The notes under the pieces: generated by a model
What the model was told of the DNA's origin: nothing
Databases searched by the model: none
The model's input: the letters and a program-made list of their open reading frames with translations, nothing else
From: Eledone cirrhosa
Taxonomy: Eukaryota
Reading direction: 5' to 3'
DNA: 64,000 bases
NCBI GenBank assembly: GCA_964016885.1
Contig: OZ024746.1
Location: 31,434,001-31,498,000, forward strand
Made by a program: the position numbers and the translations under genes
Shown here: piece after piece, positions 51,501-64,000 of the stretch
Layout of the letters: every line of letters begins with the position of its first letter
Numbering within the stretch: position 1 is the first letter of the stretch

Positions 51501-52182
51501 CTTTCAATGTGACTAGAAAACATGGAAATATGTACTGTACAACAATGGTGTAGTGGTAACAAGTGAAATGAAGGGGTTACCGAAATATTCAGGTGAATCA
51601 GTCTCATTTCACCATCATACCTCATCAAGTTGAGGCATTAACCCTTCTCATACCAAACTGTTTTAAACTGTTTATATTTACAAAAAAAAAAAAAAAAAAA
51701 AAACTTCCATCATAATTTTATATAAGAACCTTTATGTTTGAAATACCAACTTAATGAGAAAGTTATATTACTAAACCCTCCAAATTCTAAATAATTTTGA
51801 AAAATCATAGGCAGTGTCATTCATTAGAAATATGGTAAGGAAAGGGTAAAGATCAAATAAACAATGTTAGTGTTTCTTAACTTAGTAAGAAAATCTAATT
51901 TTAAATGAGTAAGAAATTTCAATATATATATATATATATATGTCACTTTTACATCTACTTTTCCTTGCTGGCATGTGTTGAATGGTAAGTTATGATGTAA
52001 TGTTTTATAGTTGGAGGCACTTACTGATGTTAATCCTTTTACTCACCTCTTGTGACACACAGATATGGTGTACCTATTCTAAAACCTGGGACAAATTACT
52101 ACTGTTTAATTCAACCATCCTCAATCCTAACAAACAAAATAACGTTATGCTGATACTGTGGTGTTGATATGTTTATTTAAAG

Positions 52183-52218
<36 letters not shown>

Positions 52219-52504
52219 CACGTGGTGTTTTTATGAGGTTGTTTACTTGTAAACAAACTGAATATTAATAATATTACTATTATTCATTCACGAATAAATT
52301 TAGGTATCCACCACGTTAGGAGTGAAAACAAATTTTGTTTATATATACACTCACACACACACAGTTTCATTTGTATGAAATCATAAGGAATGAAACAGTT
52401 CTAGTCCTGTAAAAGCAATTTCTATATAAAATAAATATGCTTCTTCTCTATTAATTACTTCATTTACACACACACACACATATATATATGTGTGTGTCTG
52501 TCTG

Positions 52505-52808
52505 TCTGTGCTGTTGGATACTTACCAAGAAACTCACTCAGATGGATAGCTCTGAACATTAACCAGTACGCACAGAGGATGAAGAACTCAGAGCGCTATG
52601 GGAGCCTCCCAAAAGTCAGCTCGAAAGTGACACAGAGGAGACTGAGGTTAGCTGGATGTGCTCACTGACATTCAGAGCGGATACTGCAATCAATGGTCCT
52701 GTGGGAGCCCCTACATGGACACATTGGAAGAAAGAGACCAATGTCGATGCCCCAAGGACAGACTGCTGAAGAGAACTCGTCCATGGATCACAGGAATTTT
52801 ACCTGCCA
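52505..52808 (+). mobile_element. RTE/RTE-X-like LINE 3' fragment
   Basis: ALNINQY...YGSLPKVSSKVTQRRLRLAG...WEPLHG; same family as 40359-40605. Confidence 0.75.
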
Positions 52809-52819
52809 TATATATATAT

Positions 52820-53026
52820 AAATGAATGAAGTAATTCCGTCGGAAAAGTCCAGGAAAAAAGAGTGCTCTATGTAGGTAACAGAGCTTAATAGTTATGTAA
52901 TAAACAACAAAAGGCAATTATTTCATTTACCAGTGGTTTCTTAAAAGCAAAAAAATTTTGCTTTCAATCATCAGAATGAAAAAATCCACTGGTAAATGAA
53001 ATAATTGCCTTATGTTGTTTATTACA

Positions 53027-53065
<39 letters not shown>

Positions 53066-53370
53066 GAAGTATTTCTGTCGGAATGGTACAGGAAAAAAGA
53101 GTGCTCTATGTAGGCTACAGAGCTTATTAGTTATGTAATAAACAACATAAGATAATTATTTCATTTACCAGTGGTTTCTTGAAGGCAGATGTGTCTGTCG
53201 TCAGAATGAATAAATAACATGGTGTTTTTATTAAATATGGATTTGAAAACAAAATTTAGGAAATATGAAAGTAAGGCTGAAAAAAACGCGCAAAAGGAAA
53301 TAGGGGGAAAAAAAAAATATAAAAAATATATATATAAAAAAATAAATATCCAGAACATAAACATAAACAC
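52820..53370 (-). mobile_element. Hammerhead-containing repeat (Penelope-like pLTR/retrozyme-type) in tandem and inverted copies
   Basis: Direct copies 52820-52985 and 53062-53370, a short inverted piece 52986-53032, and a further inverted copy at 55165-55365. Confidence 0.65.
52921..52981 (-). ncRNA. Type I hammerhead ribozyme motif
   Basis: 5'-UUUCAUU CUGAUGA UUGAAAGCAAAA UUU UUUUGCUUUUAA GAAA CCACUGG UA AAUGAAA-3': intact core, 7-bp stem I, 12-bp stem II and short stem III. Confidence 0.8.
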
Positions 53371-53435
53371 ACTCAACTACGTGTATGTGCGTGTGTGTGT
53401 ATGTATAGGGGTGTGTGTGTGTATTTTTACGTATA

Positions 53436-54400
53436 CGCACTGTCAATCGATACGGCAACCTTGACAGTGAAATCTCACTTAGGATTAGGAACGCAAGTGA
53501 TGCTTTCGGAAAGCTAGAAAGGCGACTCTGGGGTCGGCGAGACATATGCAGGAGGACAAAGGTAAAGGTGTACAGGGCATGTGTACTCTCTTGTCTTCTT
53601 TATGCCTGCGAGACCTGGGTCACATATCGATACCACCTTAAGCAATTGGAGCGTTTCCATCAGATGTGTCTCAGACGGATCCATGGCGTTCACTGGAGGG
53701 ACCACATCAGTGATGTCGAGATTTTGGAAAGCTCTATGTGTGACAGTATAGAAGCTCTTGTGCTTAAGCAATGACTCCGTTGGAGTGGTCACCTTGCCAG
53801 GATGAAGAATTCTAGAATACCAAAACAACTCTTCTATGGAGAGTTGGTTAAAGGAAAACGACCGCCACATAAACCAAAAAAGAGGTATAAGGATTCCTTG
53901 AAAGCCTCTCTGAAAGACGCTAACATCTCTGCTGATACATGGGAAAATGTTGCTGCTGATCGTAATAAATGGAGAAAGACTGTATATGAGGGAAAAGTTG
54001 CCTTTGAGGCATCTCGAATCGCACATGAGAAAGTAAAGCGGGATGTGAGGAAGGGCATTGCTGTTGCACTTCCAGACGGCGAGGGTCCTCCTATGGTGCT
54101 GACATGCAGCGTCTGTGCGAGACTCTGCCTAAGCAAAGCTGGACTCGAAAGTCATCTTCGCAGTCATAAAGTAAGACCAGTGGTTGACTACCAGGCTGCT
54201 GTTGGAGATGCTACTCATCATGCTTGCCAAACATGTGGTAGAGAATGTAAATCAGCAGGAGGGCTCAAGCGACATGCAAAAGTACACGAACTCCAACCAC
54301 AGCCGACTATTCCCAGTGAATGTTTTGGTTGCCGACTCTGTGCAAGACATTGTAGATCATTGGCTGGGCTAAAAAGCCACATTTGATCGCAGCACTGTTA
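53436..54400 (+). mobile_element. RTE-clade LINE C-terminal fragment with three C2H2 zinc fingers
   Basis: KVKVYRACVLSCLLYACETW...LRWSGHLARM...IPKQLFYGEL...DRNKWR plus three CxxC...HxxxH motifs; TGA stops where CGA is expected (53772, 54384). Confidence 0.88.
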
Positions 54401-54957
54401 GCTGTTATCGTGTGTGTGTGTGTGTGGATATGCTTATGTGCGTGTGTGTATATATATATATGAATATGTATATTATTATTGTTGTCATTACTATTATTGC
54501 TATTATTATTATTATTATTGTTATTAATGTATGTGTGTGTGTGTGTATATGTGTATATCCATGTAGGGTTCTCCTACATGGATATAAAGTAGTGGCCGTA
54601 CTCGAAAACGAGTTGGCAGCCACCATATATATATTTATATATATATATATGTATATATATGAATGAAAAATGGCGAGCTGTGTTGTTGCAAATATGATAT
54701 ATATAAAAATGAAGAATTAGAAATAGAAGCCAGGACTATCCGTCATCAGTGGTCTACTAGCCATCATAGGTATTTCTTCGCATTACAGACCATATACCTC
54801 CGGCTAGGGCAATGCAATAACTAAATTAAGTTATTGGGATAAAAAGAGTTGGGTGGAGAAAGAGAGACAGGTAAATCTCAAAGGTACCTTTGAGATTCAT
54901 CTATCTAATTTATTGTAGGTTTTTTTGTATGTGTATGTATGTGGATGTGTGTATATG

Positions 54958-55000
<43 letters not shown>

Positions 55001-55106
55001 ATATGTGTATATATATATATATGTATATGTGCGTATATTTATTTTATATATAAATACACGTGTGTGTTTGTATGTGTGTATAGATATATATGCATGTATA
55101 TGTATA

Positions 55107-55140
<34 letters not shown>

Positions 55141-55164
55141 GTGTGTATATGTTTATTTTTAAGT

Positions 55165-55362
55165 TGTTTTTAATTATTTTTTTTTATTTTTTCCCCTATT
55201 TCCTTTTCAGCCTGACTTTCATATTTCCTAAATTTTGTTTTCAAATCCATATTTAATAAAAACACCATGTTATTTATTCATTCTGACTGAAGACAGACAA
55301 CATCTGCCTTCAAGAAACCACTGGTAAATGAAATAATTATATTGTGTTGTTTATTACATAAC

Positions 55363-55365
<3 letters not shown>
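55165..55365 (+). repeat. Inverted copy of the hammerhead-containing repeat, core damaged
   Basis: Reverse complement of ~53129-53330; ttcatt CTGAC tgaagacaga caaca tctgccttcaa GAAA ccactgg TA aatgaa. Confidence 0.8.
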
Positions 55366-55400
<35 letters not shown>

Positions 55401-56439
55401 CATTTGTCTCCTTACAATACTCCCCAACTGTTAATAAAGATAAGAGATGACAAGATCACTCAAAATAAATAGACAAAACAAATATATTTTAAGAAAAAAT
55501 ATTTTTTACATATGATAAACAGATGATAAAGAACAATTAGAAGAATTGAATTAATTAATAACTTGATCATAAAACTGTGCACTAAAATACAACAAATGTG
55601 TTATGTATATGTATATAGATATATACACACACACATACAGATATATGTATCTCTGTATACATACACACACATATATATGTATCTATGTACAATCTGTCAA
55701 TGTCTGTGTATCACATGATACATGATGAGAGAGACTCAGATAGAACAATATAATATGTCAGATGAATAATCAACCCAGTTATATAAGTGTGTGAGTGTGT
55801 GCCAGTGTAATTATATATATATATATATTAGTGTGTGTGTGTGTGTATATATATACATTGTATAGTGTAGTGACATTATTTGACAGTTTGTGGATGATTG
55901 TCTGACACAGGTTGTCAGTTGTTGAAAGGTTGGTCCTACTGAGAGACATTAACAATAAGACAGAGCTGCTACTTTGGTCATAGGACTTACTGAACCACTT
56001 TATATATATATATATATATAGGCCCTCATCAGTCATGGGACTGACTATGGGTTTAACCCCGGCGAGGTCTTCTGTAAGGTGCAGGCCTATCTCACCTGCA
56101 ACAGCAGTGATCTCCACTGCTCCACCCCTATCCCACCCAGATGAAACTGACCAATGACTAGACATTGTCTTTTTTCCATCCTAAATTAATTTAATACTAC
56201 GAACATCTAGTCAGAATGTCTCAGAAAAGAGTCGCTGCATAGATTTGACAAGTAAAACCAACCAACAGGAGACCCATGAGCGCGGCTGGTCTCCCTTGGG
56301 GTTCCACCAGGATTAATTGAGGACAATGTCTTCTGACAGGACCTGCTGGAAGGCATGCTTGAGGACTTTGCCTTTACCACTCACCTCTAGGAGCAAAGAA
56401 GAAAGTTTGCAATGTAATAGAGGGAATATTGGTGTGGGT

Positions 56440-56765
56440 GTATATATATATGCATACATACATACATATATATGCAGACATACATACATATATATGCATA
56501 CATACACTCACATTTATATATATAGATACACACATATGTATACATACATATACATTCATATCTATACATACACACATATGTATACATACATATACATTCA
56601 TATCTATACATACACACATATGTATACATACATATACATTCATATCTATATATACATATATATGCATACATACATATACATTCATATCTATATATACATA
56701 TATATGCATACATACATATACATTCATATCTATATATACATATATATGCATACATACATATACAT
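56440..56765. repeat. 42-bp higher-order (TA/CA) satellite
   Basis: tatacattcatatctatacatacacacatatgtatacataca units. Confidence 0.9.
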
Positions 56766-57498
56766 TGCGGCGATGAATTAGTTTTGCGAGGTTTTTTATA
56801 TGAAATCGTGTGTCGAAACAGATATTGTTATATTTGGGGAGGGTCATATTTGCGTAATATTGCCAGAATTAATAACAGAACACACTCACTGTTTGGTTGG
56901 TTTTCGCTTCTCGCTGTCTTTTATATATATATATCTGCGATCTAACTTACTCGGTCCTCAATGTTGCCATTGACTGACCGGCGGTCAAAAATAATACAGA
57001 TACAATATAGACACAAACACATATATATAGTTTACATAATTTACATAAATCTTTCGTTGCACATCTGCAACATCGTCAGTGGTGTTATATTCATTGTTCC
57101 TCCTGTTGTGTTGTATGTCTACGCCATTTTTTTTTTGTTCAGTCTGTCTATATATTTATTTATTTATTTGCTTGTTTGTTTATCTTATTTTATTTTGTCT
57201 TCTTTGCGCATGCGTTTGCGTGTGTGTATAGTGTTATGTGTGATGTGTGACTAGTGTGTATAGTGTTGTGTCTGCTGGGTGACTAGTGTGTGTTTATGTG
57301 CTTGTGTATGTATTTATTTATCTTATTTTATTTAATTTTATTTTCTTATTTATACTTCTCTTAGGTCAGTGTTGTTTGTTTGGGTGTTGTTGTTGTTCCA
57401 CTCATTCTTTCTGTTTAGAACCAACCAAACAGTGAGTGTGTTCTGTTATTAATTCTGGCAATATTACGCAAATATGACCCTCCCCAAATATAACAATA
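56766..57498. mobile_element. ~730-bp insertion with an 80-bp perfect inverted repeat, unclassified (possibly Penelope-like)
   Basis: 56823-56902 is the exact reverse complement of 57419-57498; the same 42-bp satellite lies on both sides in direct orientation. Confidence 0.65.
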
Positions 57499-61395
<3,897 letters not shown>

Positions 61396-61504
61396 ACAGA
61401 TGGTACAGATACATGATACAGGCCACCACCCTGAACACAGATTTATGTTTATCAAGTATAGTATATATATATAGTACGTATATATATATATATATATATA
61501 TATA

Positions 61505-62335
61505 CTATATTCTATAAAATACACGGCAAATTGGCATATACCTTCTAAGGTTCTCAGAGTTTACTGAAGTTGTTTTCACTTCCTTCTTCAGCCTTTAAAA
61601 AGTCACCACTCGTGATACATCAGTAAAGTCCCCTCTGAAAAAACATCCCTTAGGATGCATGTAAAAAAATACTCATACACACTTGTACACAAGCATGTAG
61701 ACATGTATTTACATGTATGAATGGACATACACATACGTATATCCATATACATGCATACATTTGCACCCACATATGTACACACAAACACATGTCTGTTGTT
61801 CTGTGCAGGAAAGGCAAAATATTCTGACAGCCTTTTTAATCTGGAGTGTTTCGTTAATCATTATTCAATTTCCGAAAGAGTTATGATGGTTGCTCTGTGG
61901 TTTTGCATCATGCTATTTGTGGTGGCTGGTAGGTGTATGGATATTTGGTGACCAAAAACGGAGAATATATTTTGTTCTATGCTGGCATGGCTTACATATC
62001 TCATTCCTTGTGTTAAGGCACGAGTTTAGATCCAGTGAAATTTTCCATATGAGCCCTCTCTCGGTGTTGCAGAGTCTATACTTCTTAGAACCATTGGTGT
62101 AGGGCATATGCTTTTCTGCTATCCTTCAGCTGAAAGTTGTAACCAGCAGAGCCCTCTTTAAGCTTACATATGTGGCTGGAGAGCTTGGTAGTGTGTTTTT
62201 TCTCCTGTTTATGGAACATTAATGCATGTTTGTTGTAGCGTTCTTTAAATTTTTGTTCTCTAAGACCAATGTAAAGTGAAGTAAAACGACCTTAGAAGGT
62301 ATACACCAGTTTGCCATGTATTTTATACAATATAC
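61505..62335 (-). mobile_element. Penelope-like element fragment (GIY-YIG endonuclease) with inverted termini
   Basis: LYIGLREQKFKERYNKH...TKLSSHI.KLK...PYTNGSKK..LC..E...LNTRNEICKPCQH; inverted arms 61505-61551 and 62289-62335. Confidence 0.8.
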
Positions 62336-62409
62336 TATATTTACCTTTAAATATACTATATTTACATATTGAGGGCTCTCTCTTTAGTGATTACAACTAT
62401 ACATTCAGG

Positions 62410-62456
<47 letters not shown>

Positions 62457-63319
62457 TAAATACATATAAACAAAACTTCCTCATTTTTCTTATATACACT
62501 CTGTCTGTGTATCGAGTGCTCATATTGGTACCACTACCAGTAATTCACTGAATCCCAAACTCCCTCTGTGTGTGTGTGTCTGTGTCTGTGTCTGTGTCTG
62601 TGTCCGTGTGTGTGTGTGTGTGTGTGTGTGGGTGAACATGTGCATAGATATTGTGTGAATGAGCATTTATAAATAATGTTTTTATAAATATAAAGGATGC
62701 AGATATAAGAGACATGACATGATTCAATCTTTGAAAGACTGGGATTGCCGAATGCACAAAAAAGTTTCATGTACACCGACATTGCACCATTGTTTATTTT
62801 ATACACATACACCAGCACATGTGGTACACCAGCACATGTGGTGCAGCAGTACATGTGACATTGCAGTACACATGGCACAGCAGCACATGTGGCCCAGTAG
62901 CACTGCAGCATGCATGTTTATGTGTGTGTGTTGAGGGATGTGGACATCATTCAAATGCTGATTGATGAACTACAGTAGCCATAAGAGTCTCCTATCCTGT
63001 GTGAGGGACACACAGACCGAACACCCTCACCCACCATGCAGGTTGGGTGGCACAGCTACATCAAGAAGCACTTTGAAATGATGAAGAAAAAATTTAAATA
63101 AAAGTAATAGCAACAATAATGAGGAGAATGGGTTAACTCTTTGCACTGGTCATTTTTGTAATAAAATTCTGAACTTTGGCTGCCACTTGAAATGGGTCGA
63201 CATTCACATTAGAGGCCTGGAATAATTAGAAAAATGAATCAAACAAAAATCAATAAATTACAATATCTCATTCATTAGGGTTTAACAAGACTAAATCTGG
63301 ATTTGTCACTATCATCTGA

Positions 63320-63655
63320 TCAAAGCCTTTTTATACCAAACCACCTGAAACAACCTCTGGTTCTATGATATCAAACCACCTAAAACCACCCCTGGTTCTA
63401 TGATACCAAACCACCTGAAACCACCCCTGGTTCTATGATACCAAACCACCTGAAACTGCCCCTGGTTACATTATACAAACTGTTTATTTTAAAGTCATAC
63501 TTGTCTAAAAAAAAACCTTCCTTCAAAATTTTATGTAAGAACCTATGTTCCAAACATCAAGTTTATAATGAGAGTTATACTACTAAATTCCTCTAAATTA
63601 TCGACTATACCTTCAATTATTTGAAAACCCTAAGCAGTATCTTTCATTGGAAATA
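63320..63655 (-). mobile_element. piggyBac-like MITE with a tandemly amplified 35-bp subterminal unit
   Basis: About four copies of ataccaaaccacctgaaaccacccctggttctatg, then the family body. Confidence 0.65.
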
Positions 63656-63704
63656 TTCATACCTCTTCCTCAGTGTTGCATACTCCAAAATTAGTATTGA
63701 TATT

Positions 63705-64000
63705 GAATCCTTTCATTACCCTATTTCTAATGAAAGACACTGCTAATGTCATTAAGCTCTTCATTACTATATTTCTAATGAAAGACACTGCTAATGTCAT
63801 TAAGCTCTTCATTACTATATTTCTAATGAAAGACACTGCTTATGTCATTAAGCTCTTCATTACTATATTTCTAATGAAAGACACTGCTAATGTCATTAAG
63901 CTCTTCATTACTATATTTCTAATGAAAGAAACTGCTTATGTCATTAAGCCCTTCATTACTATATTTCTAATGAAAGACACTGCTTATGTCATTAAGCCCT
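63705..64000 (+). repeat. 48-bp minisatellite from a MITE terminus; runs off the window end
   Basis: Six units of ttcattactatatttctaatgaaagacactgctaatgtcattaagctc; same family as 9742-9986. Confidence 0.92.

Noticed and set aside
52521-52803. Apparent - strand exon bounded by cag and gtaagt
   Set aside because: The interval is a + strand LINE fragment homologous to 40359-40605.
53802-54386. Host C2H2 zinc-finger gene
   Set aside because: The fingers are in frame with RTE C-terminal motifs and interrupted by CGA>TGA stops, so they are part of a retrotransposon.

Overview
AT-rich, repeat-dense eukaryotic DNA. The repeat families suggest a coleoid cephalopod (Octopus-like); this is inference. 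Two spliced + strand genes were rebuilt from GT-AG, phase-consistent exons: the 3' 11 coding exons of NCBP1/CBP80 (1599-12845) and six coding exons of thiamin pyrophosphokinase TPK1 (32814-47126; start exon not located). The rest is mostly transposable elements (RTE LINEs with a PHD finger inside the RT, a cluster of CRE-clade LINE fragments, CR1, Penelope-like pieces, tRNA-derived SINEs, a Helitron, and mariner, hAT and piggyBac-type MITEs), minisatellites, and a ~4 kb (TA/TACA)n array that explains the giant spurious ORFs. The most striking observation is a fold-back LINE copy at 29598-31301. Both arms carry dense + strand A>G changes (about 36 and about 16 by manual alignment) confined to the predicted duplex, while the loop is unedited. 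This is the signature of ADAR A-to-I hyper-editing present in the DNA sequence, and the copy is fused to a 30-bp GCGCATGCGC (NRF1-like) array. Second is a type I hammerhead ribozyme at 52921-52981 (-) with two decayed sister copies.
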